Below the pieces are notes generated by a model, which had not been told where the DNA came from, made no database searches, and was given only the letters and a program-made list of their open reading frames with translations. A DNA stretch of 64,000 bases. It comes from Klebsormidium nitens (Eukaryota; Plantae; Klebsormidiophyceae). This document shows positions 20,201 through 39,000 of the stretch, in pieces (within the stretch, counting starts at the first letter, position 1; each line of letters opens with the position of its first letter). Where the stretch lies: positions 1 to 64,000 of the forward strand of contig DF237011.1 in the NCBI GenBank assembly GCA_000708835.1, written 5' to 3'. A program made the position numbers and the translations under genes.

Positions 20201-23200
20201 ATCTGCTATGCCTGCTTCGAAGCCTGCCCTTCTGGTCTCTTGATTGGTTACCTGTTAAAGCTGCCAAAGCTCAGAAAGCTGCCCTTCTTGTGATAGCAAT
20301 CACCTCTACAGCGATTCACGTTTTAATTCTATGCTTAAAAAAGTGGCATCCGAAGACCTCTTTCAACCCCTCCGGAAAAGCTCGCTGAGCCCCTGCCCCC
20401 CTCCAGGTGCCATCCCGATTCAGGGGCCTTCAAGAGGCAGAGGCCGGCCCCCCCGAGAAAAGTCGGGCAGCCCACTTCTGCATGCAACCAGCTCTCTTTC
20501 CAAAGCTTCTTCGCCGGCGCACTCGAGCCCGGGGGTGAACGTTACGTACGACGAGAAAGACTGCGCAGCAAATCTGGACTACGAAAGTTTGTCGACGCGG
20601 GATCATGCCTGGTATGACGTAGACAAGTTCGTGGGGCGGAGGGTCAACGACCAGGGCCAGATGGTGAGCGTAACGCGTGCCACGTGTCAGACTTGCCTTG
20701 CCTTAAATCGCATGGGGCGTCCGGCTCTCTGTTGTAAATGATCGTCAAGAGCATGTGCACGATCCGCCGCTCAATACTCTGGTCTAGCATCCCAGAGCCT
20801 CATCGCTTTTTGCAAGGTCTTCTTCGGTAAAGCGAACGCTGTAGTGTGTGCATAAGAGGATGACACGCGCTCGGAACAAAAAGTTTTTCCACAGTGTTTG
20901 TTGGATGTCTGGAACATCAGTTCTTACCGTTTATCCGTTCAATGGAGAGCTTCGCGTTGACCAGATCCGATCCTTGTCATTGTCTCCCTCTACGTCATTG
21001 GAAGTCTCTCTTTGAAAGGTGGAAAGGGTTTGCAAACGCAAACGAAATCCCAATGTCAGGTGGACCCCTGTCTTCTTGCATCTCAGCTCGTGTGAGTCAC
21101 TTCTCTTTCGTTTAGAAAATATGAAAGTCTCGAGCCACCAAGTAACTCGAGCGGTCGATGAGCGGACGCTTCGTGAGACTTGCTCCGTTTCCGGCGCGTC
21201 GATCTGTCTGATATTTGAAAGTCGCCAACCCTTTCTTCATGCAGTTACAAGGAGTGCAAGCCAGCTTTCTGCTCGTTTGTCTGGCCAACTTTTCAGTAAC
21301 TTCAAGCTGGAGACGATCTTCGCGCAGGGCTTGTTTGTCGACCAGAAGTGGATAATTGCCCCTTCGATAGAAAAGGAGATAACAGAAGAAAGGCGTTCCT
21401 AAGCATTGGGCAGAGACAGAGACGCGCTTCGGCGGCTTCCGTACTACGTTCTCCGTCTTTCCAACGTTTTTGCGTCTTTCCATCCACTGTGTTCCAAATC
21501 GCCCAAACAATCGCCTCCTTTCTGGTTGTGCGCAGGAAATGAAGATGTCCTTTCCCTAGAATCAAAAGCTACTGTACCGGCAAAGGAATCCACCTTTAGA
21601 TAATTATTTTGAAGAAAAACGAAAAGCTGGAAACTAAACTGGGCCCCCGGGGCGAAAAGAGAAACTAACAAAATAAAAGAAAATAGCTCGATTCTGCTAA
21701 AATAAAGGGTAAAAATTCAAAAAAAAAACGCTTGCCGCGAAATGTAAAACAATTTCCCAGACCCCTTGGCAGAACCTTAAAACTTTCACTTGAATTATTC
21801 GCGGCCGATGGGGGTGAATTCCTATGCCGGGCTACTATGGGTAGAAACCGGGAAAGTACAGAGAGTTCGAATTCGCATTTTCGTGTGCAGGAGATGAAGG
21901 TGCGTTTCGGCGGCTTCAACGTTGACGAGGATGAGTGGGTGGACGTCAAGACGGGCATCCGGCAGCGCTCGCTTCCCTGCGAAGCCTCCGAATGCGTGGG
22001 CGTCCTCCCAGGGGATCTCGTGCTTTGCTTTCAGGTTGGTATTCACGCCGATCTTGACTTTGCTCTTGATGAGATGACCCGACTTCTGTTCATCAATGCT
22101 TCGGGTGTGTGGGAGTTTTCCCTGGAGATTTCGTGGTTTGCTTTCAGGTTGGTATTCACTCCGATCTTGACTTTGCTTTCGATAAGATGACCCGACTTCT
22201 GTTCGTCATTGGTTCGGGTGTGTGGGAGTCCTCCAGGGATCTCGTGCTTTGCTTTCAGGTTGCTATTTACTCCAATCTTGACTTGCTCTTGATGAGATGA
22301 CCCGACTTCTGTTCATCATTGGTTCCGGTGTGTCGGGGTTCTCCCCGGAGATCTCGTGCTTTGCTTTCAGGTTGGTATTCACTCCGATCTTGACTTTGCT
22401 TTTGATAAGATGACCCGACTTCTGTTCATCATTTGTTCGGGTGTGTGGGTGTCCTCCCAGGAGACCTCGTGCTTTGCGTTCAGGTTGGGGTCTACTCCAA
22501 TATTAACTTCTGCTAGCGACAGAACCTAAGAAAGCTCTATATTTCCGTTTTATTTATTGGTTTGACGAGGTTTGAGTGCGAGGGACTTTTGCCTTACACC
22601 TCGTGCTTCGCTTTCAGGTTGGTGTTTGAGCCGGGACCTTGATTTGGCATGAAACCCGAGGAAGGTGGCCATTCCCTTTGATCACGAAACGGCTCACGAG
22701 TATGTTTCAACTACAGTTCAATCGACCAGCCAATCTGGCGGAGTCTTCGAAAACTTTCAGACAATTCGTCGAAGTCGCATTCCTCTACTAGCAAACGGTC
22801 ATTACGAGCCTTTACCGCGCGACTACAACATACAAGCTTTTCGTCATTGAAGAAGATCATTTTCCAGAACGTTGGCAGCCCAAATAATCATGATTCTTTT
22901 CGAAAACGAAGTTACCGCCGGTACAAGATTTCGCCTCCCCCTGCCGCTCCGCAGGAGGGCAGAGAGCAAGCGCTGTACTTCGACGCTGACGTGTACGAGG
23001 TGCAGCGGGGGCGGCATGACGTCAGGGGCTGCCGGTGTCGGTTCAAGGTCAGGTACCGGGTGGACGGGAACGAGGTGAGCCGCCTGACGTCAGCTTTTGT
23101 GTGACGTCAGCGAAGGCCCGATACTCAAGAGCAGACGTTGCTTTTTGACTCGCACGGGTGCACCCGAGGGCTTTTCCAGATGCAATGATTCCGCGTCGAC

Positions 23201-23749
23201 ACGTGTGTACTGCCCAATAACGTCCCATGAGAAAGTGGAAGTTCGGGAAGCCGTTTCGGAACACCATAAGAAACGGACGATTGTTAGATGCAAGAATAGA
23301 GCGGCCAACTTTTTTCCTGTGACGTGTCGTCTGCTCGCTGGATTTTTTCGTGGTAAAGCGTTCAATAACGATGCGCCAAAATGAGGGAAGGTGATGAGGT
23401 TCAAAAGAGCTGTGTCCACGGAGTGCGCACTTGAAATTTTCATCTGTCGATGTTTTTTAGGAACTCCGATTCAAGCGAACGTGTCATTGTGCTTCGTTAA
23501 GCAGTTAGAAGTGGGTCACAGCGCTTTTGTAGATCGCGGTCGGGTTTCAAAGCCTCCGTCTTCCTTGGTCTCGCAGGCCGTAAAAACGTTTGTCAAGAGG
23601 ACTCTCTCACGCCTTTGCAGGAGGTTGTGCCACTCCGAAAGATCTGCCGGCGGCCAGAAACGGAGTACCGCTTCCAACTGGCTGCCGCCGCGTCTGCGCA
23701 GGTCGCCGCCACAGTACCCCCACTCGCGGAAGGCGCTACACTCCCTTAG
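17221..23749 (+). CDS. SHH2: SAWADEE homeodomain homolog (SHH1/SHH2 family), 322 aa
   Basis: Exons 17221-17256, 17697-17779, 18565-18764, 20407-20663, 21891-22034, 22955-23074 and 23621-23749 (969 nt). [13 protein letters not shown] start, homeodomain [18 protein letters not shown] motifs [55 protein letters not shown]. Confidence 0.93.
17439..17466. repeat. (CTAACCG)4 telomere-like microsatellite in SHH intron 1
   Basis: gctaaccgctaaccgctaaccgctaacc read directly. Confidence 0.85.
18740..19700 (+). repeat. Tandem ~125-bp repeat: end of SHH exon 3 plus donor and ~100 nt of intron (real copy + 7 echoes)
   Basis: caagccccc.tgGTAAG unit, with donor-equivalents at 18765 (real), 18894, 19013, 19131, 19261, ~19388 (lost), 19513 and 19641. 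Confidence 0.92.
21995..22630 (+). repeat. Tandem ~113-bp repeat: end of SHH exon 5 plus donor (real copy + 5 echoes)
   Basis: ctcgtgctttgctttcag|GTTGG at 22035 (real), 22148, 22259, 22371, 22484 and 22618. Confidence 0.92.
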
Positions 23750-25832
23750 CAACTAGCATAGGGTGAACTCGGAAGGAACCGTTGTGTCTGAAAGTTCGTG
23801 CGTTGCTTTAAGCAGCTTCTGCGTAGTGATTCTCTCGACACATTTTCACATGGAAGCTCTTGCCCATGATGGCGTTATTCAAAGCTACTTAGATACGTTG
23901 ATGAAGCTGGGTTGTGCTACAGAAGTTCAGACATGGATTCTTGCGCAGGGCCAAGATCGAGAATGGGCGACAGAGATCATTTTGGATGAAAATCCGTCTC
24001 CTGTGGGAAATGGATCCCTTCAACTTGTGGCAGAAACTGGTATATCCTCGTTCAGGCGCCCCTAACCAAGCACCGTCTTATAGTATGGCAAGCGTAATCA
24101 ATCACAACTTCAACGGAGACACGCGCTTTCAAGATGGTCGGGTTGCAACGCAAACCTGGCCCAGCAGTGGCTATTGACCCGGCCTAGCTGGCATAACGCG
24201 GCCGGTTTACGTTCATTGCTATCATCGCAGGGACTCTAGCCTAACGTACCGCGTACGTTATATACTCAGTGTGGGCCACTAAATTGCCTACGGCGCGAAC
24301 TTATGAGTATAATGATTGATTGATTGATTGGTTATAGTCCTTTTGCATGGGCCACAACAGGCCTAGTGGAGTGTCTTATCAAAAGTTTTCAGCTAGCCTA
24401 TGTTCTTTTTTCTCCTCCTCATGCTCAAATAAATGTACTTAGCAACGGAGTTGAACTGGTCTCCGAGATCACAAAAGTCTCCTATATATCCTTGCTAGGG
24501 ACAGCTGCTAGAAGATGCTAAAACTGAGCTCTTAATTCTCGATATGCCTGGCAATCAAACAAGAAGTGAGCTTCGTCTTCGACTTGATTGCTACGTCCTG
24601 CAGATTGCACTACTGCCTAGATTGCTACTGTATATGTACTACCGCTGACAGGCTACCGTGACGGTGCTGCACCATGCATTTGATTGTTCATACCGGTATT
24701 AGTACAGATTGCATGTAAGTCACCTCAGTCACAAGTGCACAGGCTGAGTCCATGGCCTGGCAGTTGCGCGGCCGCACATGAATCGCACCGCCACGGCACT
24801 TTGTGCCAGCTCAGTCAGTGCCGCGCCATCATTGCCAGCTCATGCAAGCCCGCAAGCACTCTAGCTATACTATCTCGCAATATCGATATCGACCGCCACC
24901 TTGGCGCCGCAACTGGGTTGCATTGCACGCGGCGCTCAGCAGTCTCATGCTGGATCGAGTTAGTGTACGCGCCCGGGGTATAGTGTAGATTGCATATACT
25001 GCATATCCAGCTCCCAAGCCGCCCCAGTCCGGGCCTTCACAAAGGGCCGGGGCCATATATCCACGAATATGCAGCAAATCCCGACTTCGATCCGCGGAAG
25101 AACTTATAAGTCCTGCATGCCCCGGGAAAGTCATTCATTGACTAAGCCGGGCATGCGAATGCTATCAATTGAACATTGCCAGAAACTGACAGTGAGTTGA
25201 TTAGCTAGAATGACCGGCAAAAGCATGCATCGATGCACGAAGCGCCTAGTCGGACTCGATCATTCAATTTTAGTACGAGTCAAGCATGCATGTATGTTAA
25301 TTGTTCGCGGGCCCAGCTGCATCCTCAGACCGTCCGACACTTTTAAGTGCACCGATTCGAAGGCTGTGATGTACGGTAAGGAACGTCAGTCTATACACTG
25401 CATGATGGATATCATATGACCACGCCGCGTACCATGTCAGTGTCTGCATCACCTACAGCCAGGCTGGTCCATCCGGCCAACGTACAACGTTTCGATCTGA
25501 CTGGTCGAACGAGTATTGCAGCAACTTAGCTCCAACATGCCAAGTAAAGGACCCCGTACAGGCAAGGTGTCATGATCCGACCGTCTGAAGTCCTGGGTAT
25601 AGATGGGAACAAAACCTCAAGGAGTCGATGCACACTACTGCGCATCGTCTGTACCCATTTTAGCTAACTAGCAACATGCTCCTAGCAGCTGCCGGCCGTC
25701 TGTAAAATCACGCTGCCATATTATCACTGTCACCCTAGATACAGGTCACACAGTGGACAACTTGGTCATTATCATCGGGCGTGCCAAAAACTGCAAACCC
25801 TGAAGCCTTGCTCTCGGACATAGATATCAGAG

Positions 25833-31865
<6,033 letters not shown>

Positions 31866-33030
31866 GTCTGATGAGACCAGCAATCAAATGTTCAGGTCAG
31901 GCTATTTGGAAGCAAGGTATAGGATGCTGAGAGGATGCCGAAGCAACTTTATAGCAGAGAGCCAGTGCAATAAGCTTGCAAGAAAGCATTGGTGGTTACC
32001 AGGGATCTGTGTAGGTTTAATCAAATCAAGTCAATGCATAAAGAGACTACGGCATTTGAGCAGGACCAGGTGACTTGGTAGGACCAAGAGGACTTGAAAA
32101 CATCCTTTCAAAAGGTGGCGATGCAAAGCGGCAATTCAAAGCAATCCAGGCGTCTGGTTTGCAGACTGCAAAACAAATTGTTTACGAAGCTTCTGAATGC
32201 TGTGAGATCAAAGGTATGCCTAACGATCACCACCTTTCCCAAGGTGCATCCTATAAAAGCAATGAGTACATTAGGTGAGGCATTTCAATTCACCGCCACA
32301 AAATGCGCCCCATACCGTAAGGTTTAGCAATGTGACGTCAACAAGAGATCCACCAATGAGGCAAGCAATGTTCATGGACTTCACCTGAAGAAAGAAGACC
32401 AGTCTTCAAAAGAGCCGCGCTGACAGTGAAAGTATGGAGGCAACGTTCTTTCTTTGAAACTTGAAAGCCCGGATGATGGATCAACAAGACTCAAGAGTCA
32501 AGACTGTTGTCAGTGTTGACAAGAGAACAGCAGGCCGGGGATGCATGGAAGTTGGGCAATTTGCAACATTTTTAGGCTGGTTTTATTGCATAAATGCAAG
32601 ATTCATATGCCGTCTCTGGGACCGGCACCCTTGCTAGTAGATCGGTCGAAAGAAGTGCATCATCTTTCGTCATCATCATGCTTCGACTTCTAGGCAATGC
32701 TTCCGAAGTCTGATAAACGCCATGCCGTCGGCATCGGGTGTGACATGGTAGTACTAGTAGATTCAAGGGAAAAGTTATGAAATCGAAAAGCTGCGAGTCT
32801 GTGAGAGTCTGTGACCAACTTTTGCATGCTTAATCCAGGAGGGAAGCAGCAATGCTGTTCCAAGCCAGTGGTGATGGTGAAACTTGTCAGAAATTGAAGA
32901 ACACCAAGCGGCCCGAAGAAGTTGATGAATGCAAGGCTGGGTAGATCCGCCATGCTTGAGGAGCTGATGCCATTCTTTATGATACAAGCTTCTTTGTCGG
33001 TGCAATAATCCCGTTTCACTGTGGACCTTG

Positions 33031-36000
33031 ATGAATGCGGCTGTTGTTTCAAGATTCTACACCACCATCGTCCGGGCAGCGCATCACTCTGGCAGATCTA
33101 GATTACAAATCTACAGGGCCTCTTCCTTGTCTTCAAGGAGCGATCCAGCAGCCAGGCGAGCTGGGCCGTTTCGCAGTAAGCTGCATCTCAGCTTCTGCAA
33201 GGACTTTTCGATGCATGCCCATCTTATCTTTCTAGTGAAGGCAGAAGACATCGTTCTGGTCTTCCTCTTGATGAACAGCCAGACCGTCACCTTTTCTTAC
33301 TCTCATCCTTTGTGCCCATCAAAGAAGTGGTGTGTCAAACCCGGTTGATCACCCTAGAAGTACTGTGCAAGTGTCGTCAAATTCAGTCGCCTAGCCCAGA
33401 GATAATTGTACCATGAACCCTTGCTAGGCAACGCTGCTATATTTGCAGACTTCAGAAGGCGCTCTGGGCTTTTCAGTAATATTTCCTCCAGTTGATTCCA
33501 TCAACAGAAATCATGTCAAGAATGGGAAGGCCAGCTAAGGAAACATGTGATGCGTTTACACAGAGAAACACCGCTTCTGCCCTGTTGAACCGCAGCGTTT
33601 TCAACGTCATCACATCCTTAGTACCTCACCTGCATACCAGCACTGTCCAGTACTTCTCCGTGGAAGTCATTCTCATACAACGGATAGCAAACGCATGTAA
33701 CCACCCTGCAGGCATGGTGACTGAAACCATGAGGTCAGTTCCATCAACATCTCCAGGCCCCTCCCTCCAGCCAACATCTGCCTCCTCTCAGTCGCAAGCG
33801 CAGCCTGCCATTGAGCCTCAAGAGCTGGCGACCGCTGAGGCGATTCAAAGTATGCTGGCCAGTGTTGATGACATCATCTTTGATTGCGACGGTGTGTTGT
33901 GGCATGGTGAGCGTCCAAACTCAGTTCCTGAATCACTCACAGGGTTTGTTGATTCTTTGCAAGGTTCATGAGCACTGTCTGTTTGCTTCCACCAATATCC
34001 ATGGCGACAAAAGTAGTACTTTGATATACTCCACACTGATCTTTGAAGAACTGAAGATGTTGCAACAATGAAAGATCTTACCTTTCTGAGCAACTGATCA
34101 TCGGAAGACTTTGAACACTTAACCCTGTCATTGAAAGTGTCAGTATGTACAGACCCGTTTTTCAATCATCAAAGGCAGTGCGCACGAGTAAAGAAGTTGC
34201 ACGAGCTTCGTAGAAATCGACAGTGGCAATCTGTGAAATCCTCATCTTGGCAACCGCTGCGTTTCCCACAGGCGACAACCTGCTACCAGGGGTCCAAGAC
34301 ACGCTGGCTGCGCTGCAGCGGGCCGGAAAACGACTGTTTTATGTTCGTAAGCGAAGCCCGCCCCCAATTTGTCGTGCACTGTGCCTTTTACTGCCAAAAA
34401 TCTGACGGACCAGAATCTAGGTTTGATATGTCAGGAGTACCAGTGAGTTTTGTACCAGTCCAAAGGGTTTGCTGCCACCTGTTCTTCTGATTATGACATG
34501 GACTGGTGTCAGTTTGTGAGAGCCCAATGGGGCCCTTTTCTGGTTGGATGCCTCATGCAAGAGTTGATCAAAGATTGATTTTACTGGAGTGACTTAGAAA
34601 GAAGAAGTGAACATTTGCCATCGTTTGCAGGTCACCAACAACGCTAGTAAGAGTCGGCGCCAGTACTCTGAAAAGGTGAGGACAACAAGGACGAGATGAC
34701 ATCCTGTTGTTCAAATCAGTATGGGCTTTGTTTGATGCTAATCACCTTGATACGAGATTACAACTCTGAAGCGGGCAGAGGCCGCATGGTTGTATCAGGT
34801 TTTGCGTATATCTCATTTACCTTCTAGCTTTCATCTTTGCATTTCCTGCCAATTCATAGAAAAGCAGCGAAGACTTGTTTCACCTCCCCTGTGAATCCCA
34901 CTGTACCACCATGAAGCTTATTTTCTCGTTGTATGTGACGTTGCTCTTTTCTCAGATCCTCGGCTTTGATAGAAGACGTTAGAACGCCACGACAGGCGGT
35001 CGCAATGACCCGTTCGTTGACAAAATCAACGTCTCTCGTCCATACAGATAAGGCGGCTTGGGATCGAAAACAACCCCCGCCACGTGTACGGCTCTGCCTA
35101 TGCTGCTGCGAGCTACCTCAAACGGCTGGGTTTCGAGAAGAAGGTCTTTGTCGTCGGTATGGTAAGGTTCTAAATCACAATCGTTGGCAGATTGAATTTT
35201 TTGCTTGTGGGCTCCGAGACTTTTGTGAAAGAGCTTACAGGCGTCATGAACACTTGTACGCCGGAATATTCATCGGCTGAGAGACTGGGTTCCCTTCAGA
35301 CTGTCTGTGTGTATAAAGGAAACTAAATATGGAGCGACCCATGTCGAAAGCGTCGCATTGGGAAGTTAGGCAGTGCATTCACAAGCTAAAGAGAGTCCAC
35401 CCGTCTCTTTAGCATCAGTCCTTTCGATTGTGGTTGAGAATTCATACCCGTCGTCACCACCTCTCTCCATTGTTCCTCGATCACCAACCAAGATCTGTTT
35501 ATAGATTGCGCCGTTACTGCCAGGCTGCAACTTTCGCTAATCTCAGAATGCATATATTAGGAGAATTGACGTATCGTTTTCCTTGCAGGAAGGCATTGAA
35601 AACGAGTTGGATGAGGTGAGCCTGTGTATCCAAAAAGCCCTCCCTTTCCTTCCTTCCCGTGCTCAAACAATTCATGAATCTTTTGGCCTGTCCTGAAATT
35701 TCCAAGCTGTCCGTGTATTCCGCGAGAACCAGGCATCGAAGCTTGGAGCGTTTGCAAGTTTGACGGTATCAACTTGCGAAATTCAATCTCTGCATGGATC
35801 AAGAAAGCATGATGCGCTTGCGCATCGGTTGAGTTCTTGATATCTATTCTAAGACTCGTCGTCTGCCTTTCGCCACATGAACACCTCCCAAAATTTGTAG
35901 CCACACAATAGGCTTACGCAAGTACGTCGTGCCTATGTTTCGTGTTTGCAATCCTGCCTTAGGGACCGCACTTGATTCATCATCATTTCTTTATAAGGCT

Positions 36001-39000
36001 CCAGCGCTTTTGTTCTGCAGGCCGAGATTGCCCACATTGCCGGGAGTGGTTACGTGGCACCCGGATGGACCGTCGATGACGCAGCCGGCATCGAGCTGGA
36101 CCCGGAGGTGAGCGGGAACAGGACACGTGTTGGCTTGTCGTTGCGCGGATATACTGAAGTGCGTTTTGTTTCCTGTTCGGAAAGTCCCTTCTGTCGAAAG
36201 AAAGTTATGCGAAATCGGACTAACGGAGCACGACTTTCCCGCGCAATGGCCAAAATGCTCTCGAAACATTGGATAAGAATTTGCGGATCTGGTTTTGCAG
36301 GTGGGGGCTGTTGTGGTGGGATTTGACAGCCGGGCCAACTATTGCAAGGTGGGAGTGTCAAGCGCAGGTCTTTTGTTCCTGATGCGTTTCTTTTGAATCT
36401 GGCCGTGTTGAGCGAACCTGCTTTGAGTCTGGTTGCTTAAACGGACTTGGTCGTTCACTATCGTATCTTTGTCAGAAAGTTGTTGAGTTGCAAATCGTCG
36501 TCTCCGCGTTGTCTGCTGGTGTTTGTGTGTGTGCACCACTTATTATTGGCTTCTTTTGATCATACCAATCAGCATTATGGAAAGGAGACACTGGCGTTCA
36601 ATTCTGGTAAGGAGCCAGATTAGTCAAGTTTTGGGAGCAAAGCAGGTTTGCCAGACGGTTCCCAGAATTTGGCTGTTGTTCACTCCTGGCTCAATCTAAA
36701 TCCGGGCACTCCGGTTGTTATGCAAGCGGTGTGCATCATGGTTCTCGACCTGAAAGCAGAGAAATGGAGGTGGCGCGCCACGTTCGTGTATGATTCAAAA
36801 GAGACCAGCGACCGACGCATCTCGTCATCTCAGCAGTTCTTCTATTGTAGATATCAACGTGCTGTCCCCAGGAGGTTACGCCTTGGCGCCTACGCGCAGC
36901 AGCTGTAGCCCCTCGTAGTTCTACTCTCTTTGAGGAAACATTGTCTACCTTTCCCTAGGATGTCCTGATTCCTCGCAGATTTGTGTCATGACTTCTTGCG
37001 CCACCGACTGAGTTCGCAGTCCGGCACTTTATACCTTGCCTACTCGATCTGCAGCTAGCCGCGGCTGCGCAATACATACGATACAATCCCGGGTGCTTAT
37101 TTATCGCAACGAACGCCGACGCATCAGCAAATGCCAGCAACGGTGAGTATCATGGAGCAGAGTTCTTTCTGAAGTGACAACCGGTCGGTACCACCTTCTG
37201 CCTTACTTTGATGGTCTTATGCTCAACTGCTTACGCCAATCGAGGGAGCCCAATTTGCCCCTTGCCCCCCTGGAATTTCGTTCGCTTCCGTTCAGAAGAA
37301 TTTGCGTCTGCTTGGCCATTCTCCGGGTTCTTGTGAGTTCAGATCTTCACATGTCAGAGAGCTGCTTCTCAAGACACGCTAACGTTGGGCCCGAGCTCCG
37401 GCTCTTCCCCCTGCCTTCAACCGCTGTCTTCCGCCATACTTTGAAACCTATCTCGTCAATTCAGCAACAGTAAGCTCCAGCAAAAGTAAGTCCCTGCAAT
37501 GACTCTGAAAACCTGACCCAGATAAACACCTGCTCCGCACCCGTACCCACTCTAAACCCCCAAGCTAACCCGACCCGTCCCAGGCTGGTTAACTTACTTT
37601 TGCTGAAGCCTACCTTTGCTAAATCGAGTAATTGTCTTGGAGACACTGCACTCCTGTTCGCAGGCAGAATCATCCCGGGGGCAGGGACGCTAGTTCGCGC
37701 CATCCAGCTCGCGACCGGACGTGAAGTAAGTGCACCGAGTCGCACTGCCCGCTAAAAATCTTTTCATGATCTCTTCATGTTGAACGGTTTGCTTCCGACT
37801 TGCACAATTCCATATCGTGTTCCTCAACTTCTGATTAAACGCTCAGCTCTTCTGAGCAGGATAGCCGAAACCTATCAAATATCGTTGCCTTAGCTTTCTT
37901 TGAACCGAGTGCTCGTTTGAATCCAAGCTTTGGTTGTATTGCGCGCGTGAAGAACGTGCTTTAGACTGCCGTCGCTTATCCTGTAAGGATTAGTGAGGTA
38001 CTAAGAAAGCCCGTTCGGACGACGCCGTCATTTCGACCTATGATGATCACGACAAAGCTTGTACCCAAGGTCAAATTCCGTCAACGCTTTGCTTTTGCGG
38101 GTACTGCGCAGAACGTACAATACAATAGCCAAGCCTTTCACAGTCGTCCAAAACCAGAATGCTCAAGCGAAAGCGATGGAACGCATTCTGTTACATACAC
38201 CCTCTTATTGCACGTTCAACAAAATTTCGGGCATGTCTGGTGTTCTTCAAAGATCGTACGGCGTTTGGCCTCAAATACCAGCCACCCCACCTCTCACACA
38301 ACATTGCATAATCCTGAGCCGTCGTGTGCCCTGCCGTCTCGGGCCAATTGTCCAAGATCAGAAACCATGCTCCGCGACAATCTCGAAACCCAACGGCAAC
38401 TCGACATGGACAGCTGTAACTCTGCGCCGATGGCCGTGCAGCCGTTGGTAATGGGCAAGCCGGAGCCGTTCCTGTTGGATGCTATCGCGGAAGAGCACGG
38501 TATTGCCAAAAATCGGACGCTCATGGTTGGGGACCGGCTGGATACCGGTGAGTGCCGCGTCCAATGAAAGGCTTCCGTTGGGTGACTTTGGATTCGGAAA
38601 GAGAAGGGGGAAAGCGCTCTATCAAGACATGGAAGACAGCGGTTTGAAGTTATGTGCTGTTGTGATGGTCGCGCGATTTTTGAGCAGGAACCAAAGTCGA
38701 CCTTCTTGGTGTAGCGGGGGGCCGACTGGAAAGGCGACTGTAGGTTGACGAATTCTGCCAGGAAGAGAATGGAGGGGGTTGGTTTTTCGCATGTGTGGTG
38801 TTGCTCACGGGCCCCTCTTGCTCACTGCTATATCAGTGTGCGAGCTTAAAGGAAATCAGCGAATGCAGTACAAATCTCGTGTCCTGCCAGTGAATCTAGG
38901 CTGCTTCGCATCACTCATTAAGATCAAACGCGTTCGCTCAAAATCAACTTAAGAGCAGCGACGTGAGCCAAGCAGTGGCTGTTGCTGATATCAGAGTCCG

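Noticed and set aside
18740-22630. Regular repeat arrays (here and in GET3 and MTA) as CRISPR arrays
   Set aside because: Units are 55-230 bp, the 'spacer' parts are homologous to each other, repeats derive from host exons, and there are no cas genes in a eukaryotic context.
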